DNA of 64,000 nt from a bacterium (GCA_030647005.1 JAUSKG010000021.1:27105-91104); one strand, 5' to 3'. Numbered from the stretch's first letter, positions 38,434 to 47,763 are shown. Notes: generated by a model not told the origin, from the sequence alone. A program made the numbers and translations.

Positions 38434-38507
38434 AGCGGGGTGGAGCAGTTTGGCAGCTCGCCAGGCCCATAACCTGGAGGTCGTCGGTTCAAATCCGACC
38501 CCCGCCA
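38434..38507 (+). tRNA. initiator tRNA-Met (CAT); no encoded CCA
   Basis: Acceptor, D and T arms nearly identical to E. coli tRNA-fMet (GCGGGGTGGAGCAG...GGTCGTCGGTTCAAATCCG); 1:72 A-C mismatch; anticodon loop cCCATAA. Confidence 0.85.
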
Positions 38508-38584
38508 TGAAAAGTGCCCCACTTCGCGTGGGGTGTTTTTCGTTGTTGACGCACCATGTATCCTATGGCATCGTAAATGACTAC

Positions 38585-38656
38585 GGCGGGGTAGCTCAGT
38601 GGTAGAGCAGCGGACTCATAAGCCGTTGGTCGCGGGTTCAACCCCCGCCCCCGCTA
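38585..38656 (+). tRNA. tRNA with CAT anticodon (elongator Met or lysidine-dependent Ile)
   Basis: ggcgggg acceptor, D-arm tagctcagtggtagagca, loop ctCATaa, T-arm gcgggttcaaccccc. Confidence 0.8.
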
Positions 38657-38703
38657 GTTTGTAGCATCCGACAGGTTATATCGATGGTGCCTCTATAAAA
38701 GTG

Positions 38704-38791
38704 TGTCATTGCGAGCCGAGTCCTCGAGGCGCGGCAATCCCGGCCACTTGGTTCTGCGGGATTGCCACGTCGAGGACTCCTCGCAATGACA
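38704..38791. repeat. Family B palindromic MITE-like element (perfect ~40-bp arms tgtcattgcgag...ctcgcaatgaca)
   Basis: tgtcattgcgagccgagtcctcgaggcgcggcaatcccggcc | ggccgggattgccacgtcgaggactcctcgcaatgaca; directly after tRNA pair. Confidence 0.75.
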
Positions 38792-38824
38792 GCAAAAAAA
38801 TCCGCAGAGGTCCCCGATTTTTCT

Positions 38825-39313
38825 ATGCTCCTCACCATGCACGCGGCAACTGGTGCGCTCGCCGGTGAACTCTCCCCCAATGCGCTCACTGCGTTCGCGC
38901 TTGGATTCCTGTCGCACTTCCTCCTGGACATGTTCCCGCATGGCGATCGTGGGATTGCGCATGCGACGAAGGCAACGGGGAAAGCGCGACGATTCTACCT
39001 CCTCCTCGCGGTGGACATCGGCGCGAGCATCGCCATCTTCTTCCCTGCGTTCGCGCTGGGGAAGTTTGAGCACCCGCTCTACGCGTACATCGGCATGCTC
39101 GCGGGGCTCCTCCCCGACCTCATCGTGGCCATCCCTGAGTACGCGCTCTACGTGAAGAAGGAGTACCGCGTGCGCCTCCACTGGTTCTACAAGTTCCACG
39201 TCTACGTCCACGATCAGCTCATCAAGCATTTCAACGGCATGCCACTCAAGGTGGGCATCGCATTCCAAGTGGTGCTCCTCGTCCTCATCTGGAAGTACTG
39301 GCCATCGTCGTAG
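38825..39313 (+). CDS. hypothetical integral membrane protein, possibly membrane-bound metal-dependent hydrolase-like
   Basis: 4-5 TM segments, HFLLDMFPHGD motif; track ORF start 38762 lies inside the palindromic repeat, ATG 38825 preferred. Confidence 0.55.
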   Translation: MLLTMHAATGALAGELSPNALTAFALGFLSHFLLDMFPHGDRGIAHATKATGKARRFYLLLAVDIGASIAIFFPAFALGKFEHPLYAYIGMLAGLLPDLIVAIPEYALYVKKEYRVRLHWFYKFHVYVHDQLIKHFNGMPLKVGIAFQVVLLVLIWKYWPSS

Positions 39314-39365
39314 CGTGGGTATTTTCGGTAACGCAAAACACTCCCATCAGCGGGAGTGTTTTGCA

Positions 39366-39449
39366 TGCCGCGGGAGGGGATCGAACCCTCATGACCTTGC
39401 GGCCACAGGAGTTTGAGTCCTGCGCGTCTGCCGGTTCCGCCACCGCGGC
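39366..39449 (-). tRNA. tRNA-Leu (CAA), type II with long variable arm
   Basis: Reverse complement: gccgcggtggcggaaccggcagacgcgcaggactCAAactcctgtggccgcaaggtcatgagggttcgatcccctcccgcggca. Confidence 0.85.
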
Positions 39450-39519
39450 GTAGCGTTATTGTACCAGAGTGCCACGATCCATGGTACGATGGATATCTCG
39501 CATACGCTTGCAGCTCACT

Positions 39520-40281
39520 ATGGCACAGGTCGTCGCGATCGTCAATCAGAAGGGTGGGGTGGGGAAGACGACAACCGCGCTCTCCCTCGCGAGCTTCCTC
39601 GCGGAGCACGGGAAGTTCGTTCTCCTCATTGATATGGACCCGCAGGCCAATGCCGCCTCGGGCTTGGGCATTGACTACCGGAGCGTGTCGCGCGGCGTCT
39701 ACGAAGTCCTCTCGGGGGACTGTCGGCCGCGGGAGGCCGTTGTTGTGACAGCGCAGGAGGGGCTCCACTGCATGCCGTCATCGCCCGCGCTCGCGGGGGC
39801 GAACATCGAGCTCGTCTCCGTCGAGCGGCGCGAGTTTCAGCTCGCCGACGCGCTCGTGGAGCTCCGCAATAGCTACGACATCATCCTCATTGACTGCCCG
39901 CCGTCGCTTGGCCTCCTCACGCTCAACGCCCTCTGCGCGGCAGATCAAGTTCTCATTCCGGTGCAGGCCGAGTACTACGCGCTCGAGGGGTTGGGGCAAC
40001 TCATGGAGACGATCGAGCTTGTGCGCAAGCAGCTCCGGCCGGAACTCCGCGTGCTCGGTGCCGTCATTACGATGTACGAGGGACGCCTCCGCCTCTCGAA
40101 CGACGTCCTCGAGGAGCTCTACCGACACTTCCCGAACCGCGTCTTCCGGTCGGTCATCCCGCGGAACGTCCGCCTCGCCGAGGCACCGTCCCACGGGCTG
40201 CCGATCACGCGGTACGATCCTCGTTCGCGCGGGGCGCGGGCGTACGAGAAGCTGACGGAGGAACTGTTGCAGTGCCTGTGA
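39520..40281 (+). CDS. parA: chromosome partitioning ATPase ParA/Soj
   Basis: VVAIVNQKGGVGKTTTALSLASF deviant Walker A. Confidence 0.92.
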   Translation: MAQVVAIVNQKGGVGKTTTALSLASFLAEHGKFVLLIDMDPQANAASGLGIDYRSVSRGVYEVLSGDCRPREAVVVTAQEGLHCMPSSPALAGANIELVSVERREFQLADALVELRNSYDIILIDCPPSLGLLTLNALCAADQVLIPVQAEYYALEGLGQLMETIELVRKQLRPELRVLGAVITMYEGRLRLSNDVLEELYRHFPNRVFRSVIPRNVRLAEAPSHGLPITRYDPRSRGARAYEKLTEELLQCL

Positions 40282-40371
40282 GGAGATCGCTGCGCAGATC
40301 GCATAGATGATGCGCTGATGATAGCACTTGAGAATTGAGATTGCGAGCGTCGCTCGCCTGTTGTACGAGGT

Positions 40372-41256
40372 ATGACCATCCGTCAACGTGGGCTCGGCAG
40401 AGGACTCTCTGCGCTCATCCCCAGCGTTCCGCCAGCGGCCTTAGAACCGCAGCAGCGCAGCACCTCGGGCATGCTCGTGGTGCCGCCGGAGCAGATCCTC
40501 CCCAACCCCATGCAGCCGCGGCGGGATTTCCCACCCGCGGAGCTTGACGCACTCGCAGCGTCCATCCGCGCGCACGGCATCCTCCAGCCGCTCGTGGTCT
40601 CTCGACGCACCGATGGCCGGTATGAGCTCATCGCGGGGGAACGTCGCTTGCGCGCATCGCGGCGCGCGGGACTCGTCACCGTCCCCATCGTTATCCGTGA
40701 CGGTGTCGTAGATGACCGGACGAAGCTCGAGCTCGCCATTGTGGAGAACGTCCAGCGCGAGCACCTCAACGCGATTGATCGCGCGCTCGCGTACGAGCAG
40801 CTCGCGGAGGAGTTCGGGCTCACGCACGAGCAGATCGCCGAGCGCGTCGGCGTTGCACGTCCGAGCATCACGCACGTCCTCCGGCTCCTCGCGCTCCCCG
40901 AAGATATGCGGCAGGCGGTGCGCGACGGGCGGGTCTCCGAGGGGCACGCGAAGGTGCTCCTCGGCATCGCGGACCCCGCGGAGCAGCGCGCGTGGTTCCT
41001 CCGCATCCTCGAGGGTGGACTCTCGGTTGCACAGGCGGCACGGGAGACGCCGCGCAAGCGGCTAGCCCCGCGATCTCCTCGCGCGGCGACCGGTACGGCA
41101 TCCGATCCCAACCTCCGCGCGAAAGCGCTCGCGCTCCAGCAACGCCTTGGCGCGAAGGTGCGCATCGAGGCGAACGCGAGCGGCGGCGGGACGATTGCCA
41201 TCACGTACACCGACCGTGAGGAGCTCGACGGTATCGTCCAGACCATCACCGCATGA
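40372..41256 (+). CDS. parB: chromosome partitioning protein ParB/Spo0J
   Basis: RGLGRGLSAL, GERRLRASRRAGL, HTH region. Confidence 0.92.
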   Translation: MTIRQRGLGRGLSALIPSVPPAALEPQQRSTSGMLVVPPEQILPNPMQPRRDFPPAELDALAASIRAHGILQPLVVSRRTDGRYELIAGERRLRASRRAGLVTVPIVIRDGVVDDRTKLELAIVENVQREHLNAIDRALAYEQLAEEFGLTHEQIAERVGVARPSITHVLRLLALPEDMRQAVRDGRVSEGHAKVLLGIADPAEQRAWFLRILEGGLSVAQAARETPRKRLAPRSPRAATGTASDPNLRAKALALQQRLGAKVRIEANASGGGTIAITYTDREELDGIVQTITA

Positions 41257-41326
41257 GCACGCAGCGAATACGTCGCGCCGAACGGCGCGACGTATTCGCA
41301 TGTCAGTACTGCGGTGGAGTGGCATC

Positions 41327-42841
41327 TCACCGCGCGGCGTGGTGGCGGAGTTGCACGCGGAGTGCCTCTTTGATCTTCGAGCGCGCGTGCGTCGTGCGCA
41401 CGATGTGGAGCCAGTCCTGGCTCGGCCCCTTGCGCTTGGGGTCGGTGATGATCTCGACGATGTCGCCGCTGTTGAGTGGTCGGTCGAGGGGGTGGAGCGC
41501 GGCGTGTCCGTTGACGCGCGCGCCGATTGTGCGGTTGCCGACGTCGGTATGGATTTGGTACGCGAAGTCGAGTGGCGTCGCTCCCTCGGGGAGGTCAATG
41601 ACATCGCCGCGGGGTGTGAAGAGGAGGATGCGATCGCGGAAGACCTCTGTCTTGAGACCGGCGAGGAAGTCGTGGGGATCGTCCACGGATCGCTGCCAGT
41701 GGATGAGGGAGTCCACCCACGCGACCTGCTTGTTCGGCGCGTGGTACGTGCCGCGCTCGTGGTACCTCCAGGCCGCCGCCGCGCCCCACTCCGCCTCCTC
41801 GTGCATCTGCGGCGTTCGGATTTGGAACTCGACATACGCGCCGTCATCGGTGACGACCGTCGTGTGGATGGAGTGGTAGCCGTTCATTTTTGGGTTCGCG
41901 ATGTAGTCCTTTATGCGCCCCCTCACCGGCTTCCAATGCTGGTGAATCGCGCTGAGGACGGCGTAGCATGTCGTGATATCCTCAATGATCACGCGGAGTG
42001 CGACTATGTCATAGATACGCGTGATGTCTCGCTCGTGGAGTTGGAGTTTTTTGTATAAGCTATACTTCCCTTTCATGCGTGCGGAGGTCCCAATGATGCG
42101 AATGCCGCCCTGCGTGAGGAGCTCGGTGAGCGTCGTGCGGAGCGCGGTGCACTGCGCGCGTCGCTCATCGTATGTTTCTGCGATGAGCGTGTTGACCCAC
42201 GCGGCATCGTCTGGTGCGATGAACGGAAACGCGAGGTCCTCGAGCTGTGTCTTGATTTCCATCATGCCGAGCCGGTTCGCAATCGGCGCATGAATCTCCA
42301 AGCTCTCCTGCGCAATGCGGAGCCGTTTGTGCTCGGGGACGTATGTGAGAGTTTCGAGGTTGTGGATGCGGTCGCAGAACTTAATGATGATGACGCGGAT
42401 GTCCTGCGCCATTGCGACGAACATCTTCCGGAGGTTCTCGATGTAGCGCTGCTCGCCATGGAGACGCACCGTGCCGATTTTCGTGACACCGTCCACGAGG
42501 AAGGCGATGTCTTCTCCAAATCGTTCGCGTACGCGCGCGATCGGTATGCCCGCGTCCTCTACGACATCGTGGAGGAGGCCGGCAGCGATGATCGTCGCGT
42601 CGAGTCGCATTTCCGCAAGTTGCTGGGCAGCACCGATCGGATGGATGATGTAGGGATCGCCAGAGCAGCGTTGCTTCCCCGCGTGTGCCGCTGCGGCAAA
42701 GGCGTACGCGCGCTCGATGAGCGCGGTAGCTTCCGGCGTGCAGTACGCGGCGACGGTCGCGCGGAGCTTCGCGAGGTCGCCGCGCTCGACCGGGCGTGCA
42801 GGCGTGGGTGTCGGCACGTTGGAATCAACCATGTACCGCAA
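41327..42841 (-). CDS. rel: bifunctional (p)ppGpp synthetase/hydrolase Rel (short, 504 aa)
   Basis: HD hydrolase (HDVVEDAGI) and synthetase motifs (DIVALRVI, NGYHSIHTTV, EFQIRT). Confidence 0.92.
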   Translation of the reverse strand: MRYMVDSNVPTPTPARPVERGDLAKLRATVAAYCTPEATALIERAYAFAAAAHAGKQRCSGDPYIIHPIGAAQQLAEMRLDATIIAAGLLHDVVEDAGIPIARVRERFGEDIAFLVDGVTKIGTVRLHGEQRYIENLRKMFVAMAQDIRVIIIKFCDRIHNLETLTYVPEHKRLRIAQESLEIHAPIANRLGMMEIKTQLEDLAFPFIAPDDAAWVNTLIAETYDERRAQCTALRTTLTELLTQGGIRIIGTSARMKGKYSLYKKLQLHERDITRIYDIVALRVIIEDITTCYAVLSAIHQHWKPVRGRIKDYIANPKMNGYHSIHTTVVTDDGAYVEFQIRTPQMHEEAEWGAAAAWRYHERGTYHAPNKQVAWVDSLIHWQRSVDDPHDFLAGLKTEVFRDRILLFTPRGDVIDLPEGATPLDFAYQIHTDVGNRTIGARVNGHAALHPLDRPLNSGDIVEIITDPKRKGPSQDWLHIVRTTHARSKIKEALRVQLRHHAAR

Positions 42842-42884
42842 GGATACCGCTCGACGTGCGACCTGTCAAAGTGTCGCGCGTGCA

Positions 42885-42918
42885 TGAAAACGCGGGACGA
42901 TAGGAGTATCGTCCCGCG
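42885..42918 (-). terminator. intrinsic terminator after the RSH-like gene (perfect 12-bp stem)
   Basis: cgcgggacgata-ggag-tatcgtcccgcg; T-run on minus strand (complement of atgaaaa). Confidence 0.5.
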
Positions 42919-42929
42919 TTGCGTGCATC

Positions 42930-44135
42930 TCACCCATTGATGTGTCCGCGGCGTACCTTGAGGAGGTGCTGTTGACAGAGTCGTGCGGCGTGTTTCCAGT
43001 CCACGCCGGTATGCTCCTTTGGGAAGCAGTGGCGGAAGAAGAGCGCGATGAGCTGGCGGAGGCGATAGAGGTACCAGTTCTCCGAGCCCTTCGAGCACCA
43101 GAGGTTTACGAAGTCCGGCGCGTCCATGAGTTGGAACTCCCACCGTGCGCCGGCGATGTCCGCGCACCACATGGTCACACGAAAGTTTCGCGCCGAGTAC
43201 TGGTTCGGTCGTCGCTCGTTCGTGTGACCGTAGCGATCGAGGTACTGCGTGCGCGTGCGTTCGATGACCGGAAGTCGGTCGTAGAGATGCTGCTCGAACG
43301 CGCGCCGGTCATGCGACGAGCAGCACACGAAGCGGAATCCGAAGGGATCAGGAATCCGCATGGCGTTGAGCGTCCGCTCGCGGAGCATACGGAGGTAGAT
43401 CGAGAATGGTCGCTTCACGCGGATGAAGACACCGACGGGCACCACGCGGTCCGCGAGCTGCACCGCCCGCATCGGCACATCCGGGAACGACTCGCTGATT
43501 GCGTGCGGGTGCGCTGCGACGATGGCGGGATCGAATCCCGCGGCGATGCACCGTTCGTGCCCGTTTCGGTTGCGTGCGTAGTGCAGTGGTAGGTGTTGCT
43601 CATCGGTCTCGAAGCACGGGTGTAGTGCTTTGAGTGCCGCGATGCGTATGAACTCGCGCTCCTCATACGACCACCCAAGTTCGTTGAGTCCCTGGATGAT
43701 CTGCGCGAGGGAGAACACCTGTCTCGCGAAGGCGACATCACGCGCGCGGCTTGCGCGCTCGAGGATCCACGGGATGAAGCTCCCAATTTGCGTTGGCATT
43801 TCGGCGAGTCCTCGTGGTATGAGTTGCCGCTGAAGTTCGCGCGGGAGGTAGTCCGCGCAGACCTGCATGATCTCCGTGTGTGCTTCCTTCAGCGCTTGGT
43901 CAGCGATGGTCTCCGGCAGTCCCATTGGGATGCCGAGGAGTCGCTGGAAGACCTGCGGCGTTGTGTGAAGCTGATCGTTGCGCGGTGCACACATTTCCTG
44001 CGCGACCACGCCGATCGTTCCCATTCTCGCGGGTGGTATGCGGTGCGGCGTGATCGCTGCGTGCTCGAGCGGGTGCTCCGATGCCACGTCCAGTGGCCCG
44101 GCCGCATCCCGCGGACTCGAACCCTGTTGTGTCAT
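42930..44135 (-). CDS. divergent RelA/SpoT-homolog: C-terminal synthetase-like nucleotidyltransferase domain with unknown ~200-aa N-terminal domain
   Basis: SD gaggag 6 nt before ATG 44135; motifs FIRVKRPFSIYLRM (cf. RxKxxxSIYxK), DPFGFRFV (cf. DxxAxR), NQYSARNFRV...EFQLMD...W.YR (cf. NGYQSLHTTV...EVQIRT...HW.YK). Confidence 0.65.
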   Translation of the reverse strand: MTQQGSSPRDAAGPLDVASEHPLEHAAITPHRIPPARMGTIGVVAQEMCAPRNDQLHTTPQVFQRLLGIPMGLPETIADQALKEAHTEIMQVCADYLPRELQRQLIPRGLAEMPTQIGSFIPWILERASRARDVAFARQVFSLAQIIQGLNELGWSYEEREFIRIAALKALHPCFETDEQHLPLHYARNRNGHERCIAAGFDPAIVAAHPHAISESFPDVPMRAVQLADRVVPVGVFIRVKRPFSIYLRMLRERTLNAMRIPDPFGFRFVCCSSHDRRAFEQHLYDRLPVIERTRTQYLDRYGHTNERRPNQYSARNFRVTMWCADIAGARWEFQLMDAPDFVNLWCSKGSENWYLYRLRQLIALFFRHCFPKEHTGVDWKHAARLCQQHLLKVRRGHING

Positions 44136-44647
44136 CGTTTTCTCCTCTCGATCGTGGCACGTTCCTTCGTGTCGATGAGTGTGCGCGGATCCTTTGCCCT
44201 GTTCGTTGGTCGGGTTGTGAAGGTACGGTGCGCACCATGTTTTTCTTCCGCACGTTCTCCCTCCAGTGGGATGACTTACGTCATTTGTTTGTTTGAAGTA
44301 TAGCTCAATCCAGACGCCTGTCAAGTATGCGCAAAAAATGTCGTGACTCCTGTCGTATCGCTCCATAGTGGGGAGGTAATCGCCTGAAATAACCGTGTGA
44401 ATGCTCAGGGATATGCAAGAGTGCTTGACGGGGTCAAGACCCCCCCCTGCATGGAAGGGGTCTGACCCCGTGGGACTTAACCCCCATTATCCGTTCGTCG
44501 AGGCGCGCACCACCTCGCGCAAGCGTCCTAGCGGCTACACGAAACTTTTTATGGGAACGGGAGTGGTTTTCACGTTGTTGCTTGACGCAGTATCGGGGGG
44601 GTACTGTGGAAGTGTCATGGGGCGTATTCATCAACATGGAGGGATCT

Positions 44648-45586
44648 ATGGGAGAACGATTCTTACCGCAGCATCTGGATAGCGAGGCGAAGCGCACGCA
44701 GACCGCGGGGTTGCCGCTCTTTGAGTGGGCACGATCCGAGCGCGTGCGCAAGGAGGGTAAGGAAGCGATTGCTTCCGAGATTGCTCATGATGAGCCGGAT
44801 TACCGATACATTGCGGATACTGCGGCGATCCTCGCGGAGCGCGTGCCGATGATGCACGCAGAGGAGTCGGGGACCATTCCGGAGCAGGGTGTTGAGCCCG
44901 CGGAGACGCGCACCGTACGCGAGGATATTCGCGCACTCGTGGGTGACGAGGATTGGCAGTATTACGCATCGCATTTCCAGCAGGGTTTTTACGGCCCGCT
45001 CGACGATATTGCTGCTGCAGCGTTGCGTACCATTGATCCGGAACGATTTGATCGCGAAGTGTCTCCGAATGATCGCGAGCGATTGTGGGACGCGGCTCGG
45101 CATGACCTCGATGATCGTGTGGGTATGTCGCCCGGAGTGCGGATCGCGACGCTCCAACGGCTATGGCAGCTCGATTCCGATCGGTTTATGCGAGAGGTCA
45201 ACGCCGATGGCAAAGAGTTTGATGACGCGCGTGATGCGATCGGTGCAGTGCTTGCAAATGAGCGTCCCTCATACATCCTTTCCTGTCTCGCTACGGCGAA
45301 GCGCATCTTTGGGCCGGAGGTGCTCGCACCACACGAGGAGACCATTCGCGCTCGTTGGGGCGAGTGGATGAACAATGCGCAGCGCATATATCAGAGCCAT
45401 GCTCCTGAGGGAATATGGCAGATGGCATTGCTCCAGCAGATTGCACCGGAGGGGCACGAGCGACCTCATCCTTCGCGTGCGGCGTGGGAGCGGGCTCGAG
45501 AAGATCTCTCACATCGACCGGCGGCCTCGTCCATGGTTGATTTGATACACCTCATGACACTCGTTGATCTCGAATTTGGCGAGTGA
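44648..45586 (+). CDS. hypothetical protein (~312 aa)
   Basis: SD ggaggg before ATG 44648; no family recognised. Confidence 0.5.
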   Translation: MGERFLPQHLDSEAKRTQTAGLPLFEWARSERVRKEGKEAIASEIAHDEPDYRYIADTAAILAERVPMMHAEESGTIPEQGVEPAETRTVREDIRALVGDEDWQYYASHFQQGFYGPLDDIAAAALRTIDPERFDREVSPNDRERLWDAARHDLDDRVGMSPGVRIATLQRLWQLDSDRFMREVNADGKEFDDARDAIGAVLANERPSYILSCLATAKRIFGPEVLAPHEETIRARWGEWMNNAQRIYQSHAPEGIWQMALLQQIAPEGHERPHPSRAAWERAREDLSHRPAASSMVDLIHLMTLVDLEFGE

Positions 45587-45828
45587 GCAGTATGTGATGG
45601 TGTGGTACAGAGAAGCACCTCGGTTCATATGGGCCGAGGTGTTTTCTTTCCTGCGGTCTGCGTTGCTATGGGTGAGGTCCTTCGGCTTCGCCTCAGGACG
45701 ACGCGGAGGAGGGAGCAGGGCGAAGGAGAGGGTGGCGAGGTGGGTGATGGTCGGGTACAAGTCCTGGTATGCAATGTCAATCAAAGTCATCCCCGATCCG
45801 TGGATCGGGGATGTACGCGTTGTGTGGT

Positions 45829-46383
45829 TTATGTCGGGCGCGTGAGCGCGCGGGCATCGGAGGGGCTGCGTGCGAGCACTCCGTCGCAGGTCGCGTGTTC
45901 GAGCGTGCGTACCATGCAGAGCAGGCCGAACGTCCCGGCGCGGATGCGCATTGCGACGATGCACTGCACGATGTCCAGCAGTGCGGCGTTGAGTATGTGC
46001 GCGAGTGCACGATCGTTCGGGGCGCGTTGTGCGATGCGCTCAATACAGTTCGGCACATCGGTGGATTCGTTCGGCACAAGCAGCGTGCGGAGTGTCTGCG
46101 CGTAGGTGCGCAGGGGCTCATCGAGGTTGCGGAGCAATGATGCGCGCGCACGCTCCGTGATCGTGAAATGTTGTCCGCAGGCGACGAGCTGCCCGTGCAT
46201 CGCATCGAGGCAGTGGGCCTCGATGTCCGGGGTGAACTCGAACAGAGACGCAACGTTGAGCCCGCCATGTTCGGCTGCGTGCGCAGCGATCGTGCGGCCA
46301 CGCGCGATTCCCGCCTTCACCACTTGCGCAACGCGTTCCGCGTTCTCCAGCGTCACACTGCCAGGTCTCGTACTCGTTCCGTG
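45829..46383 (-). CDS. hypothetical protein; boundaries uncertain (possible TTG start at 46383)
   Basis: Only the 3' ~550 nt of minus ORF 45829..46815 look protein-like; upstream part overlaps a better + strand gene. Confidence 0.3.
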   Translation of the reverse strand, partial: HGTSTRPGSVTLENAERVAQVVKAGIARGRTIAAHAAEHGGLNVASLFEFTPDIEAHCLDAMHGQLVACGQHFTITERARASLLRNLDEPLRTYAQTLRTLLVPNESTDVPNCIERIAQRAPNDRALAHILNAALLDIVQCIVAMRIRAGTFGLLCMVRTLEHATCDGVLARSPSDARALTRPT

Positions 46384-46554
46384 CAAGTTTCCTCCTCGCC
46401 ACAAAGGGCTGTGGTCTATGGCAAGTATCGCTCGCGGAGCAGCGAACGTCAACCCCACTGGACATTGCACCTCGCGTGTGCTACATTGTGCCCGTGCAGC
46501 ATTGACGCGGTTTTCGGTCGCACATTTCCAAAACCAAAAGCAAGGGAGAAGTCC

Positions 46555-46803
46555 ATGAAGCGGATGTTTGTGGTGTTGTATGTGGTGATGCTTGCGCTCT
46601 TCGCTGTCGGATGTGACACGCGTTCGCAGAAAGATAGGCTTCGTGAGTGGGAGAAGGAGCAAGGGAACTTGGTGGTGGCCAACATGCACTATATACAGGA
46701 CGCGCGTACCGGTTTGTGCTTCGCCCACGTCTTCAGAGAGTGGTCTCTCGCGACCGTTCCCTGCGAGGCGGTCCCTTCCCACCTGCTGCTCGTGGTGAGG
46801 TGA
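46555..46803 (+). CDS. small lipoprotein (82 aa)
   Basis: SD aagggaga; MKRMFVVLYVVMLALFAVGC lipobox-like LFAVGC. Confidence 0.55.
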   Translation: MKRMFVVLYVVMLALFAVGCDTRSQKDRLREWEKEQGNLVVANMHYIQDARTGLCFAHVFREWSLATVPCEAVPSHLLLVVR

Positions 46804-46809
46804 ATTGCC

Positions 46810-47239
46810 ATGCAATCAGCCCTCCTCGTCTCGGCGGCGATGCTGCTCTACGCGGTGCAGAACGTGGTCATCGAGCAGAAGTTCGTGCGGGTGCCGGTGG
46901 TAGTGCTGCTCGTCATCTGCTACGCGGTGATGCTGCCGCTCGCGCTCCTGCGCTTCTGGCATCTCAGGGGTGTTGCCGGTGCCGCAACGTTGCCAACTGG
47001 CACGCTCCTCGCGCTCGCGCTTGGGATGGGTGTCGTGTTGTTCCTCGCGGACTACTGCTCCATGGGCCTACGCCGCAGGCGGATCGCTCATGTCCATCAC
47101 GGTCATCGCGATCCTGTTGCCGGTGTTCGCATCCATCGCGAAGTTCGCGTGGACGCATGAGCTGCCGAACGGCTACCAGCTCGCCGGCTACGCGCTCGCG
47201 GTCATCGCGATCGTTCTTGTTGGCAAAGGCGACGCGTAA
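46810..47239 (+). pseudogene. small DMT/EamA- or SMR-like 4-TM transporter split by a +1 frameshift near 47060-47075
   Basis: Frame-1 ORF 46810..47160 and frame-2 ORF 46970..47239 each carry two TM-like halves; C-terminus GYALAVIAIVLVGKG. Confidence 0.5.
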
Positions 47240-47282
47240 CGCACGAAAGAACCTCGGTCTTCGGACCGAGGTTCTTCCTTTT

Positions 47283-47467
47283 GAGGGGGGGTGTTGAGGG
47301 GGATGAGATTTCTCGACTCGCGGACTCGCTCGAAATGACGAGGGAGGATAGGACTCGCTCGAAATGACGAAGGAAGGTGGAACCCGCTCGAAATGACGAA
47401 GGAAGTTTGTTCCACCTCATTTACCGTCATCTCGACCAAGCGAGTCCTCGAGCGCGTGGAGAGATCT
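47283..47467. repeat. Family A repeat block incl. 3 tandem ~29-bp units (cgctcgaaatgacgaaggaag) and 70-nt direct repeat shared with 47868-47940
   Basis: Read directly; repeat overlaps 3' end of GIY-YIG gene. Confidence 0.7.
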
Positions 47468-47469
47468 CG

Positions 47470-47763
47470 TCAGCACAGTTCGGGGTACAAGTCGCGCAAT
47501 GCGGGGTTCGTGGCTCTGATGAGTTCCAGCTTCTTAATCCTGCTCCAGCGTTTGAGCTGCTTCTCGCGCTCGATAGCATCCATGGCGGTCGCGTACTGCT
47601 CGTAGTAGATGAGGACAGTGCAGTGGTATCGCTCGGTAAACCCTCTGACAAATTTTTCCTGATGCTCCCAAACGCGGCGGATGAGGTTGTTGGTGATACC
47701 GATGTAGAGGACGGTGCGTTTGACGTTCGTGAGAATGTAGACGTAGTAGTGGCGCTCGTCCAT
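47470..47763 (-). CDS. GIY-YIG domain nuclease, small stand-alone type (97 aa)
   Basis: YYVYILTNVKRTVLYIGITNNLIRRVWEH ... ERE ... KKLELI (GIY-YIG/URI signature). Confidence 0.85.
   Translation of the reverse strand: MDERHYYVYILTNVKRTVLYIGITNNLIRRVWEHQEKFVRGFTERYHCTVLIYYEQYATAMDAIEREKQLKRWSRIKKLELIRATNPALRDLYPELC

Noticed and set aside
38762-38824. N-terminal 21 codons of track ORF 38762..39313
   Set aside because: Lie inside the family B palindromic repeat; downstream ATG 38825 used instead.
45777-46301. 174-aa minus-strand ORF
   Set aside because: Ser/Arg/Cys-rich low-complexity translation; alternative frame 45829..46383 retained only at low confidence.
47323-47400. Possible CRISPR-like 29-bp periodic repeats
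   Set aside because: Only three degenerate tandem units with no spacers; part of family A repeats.
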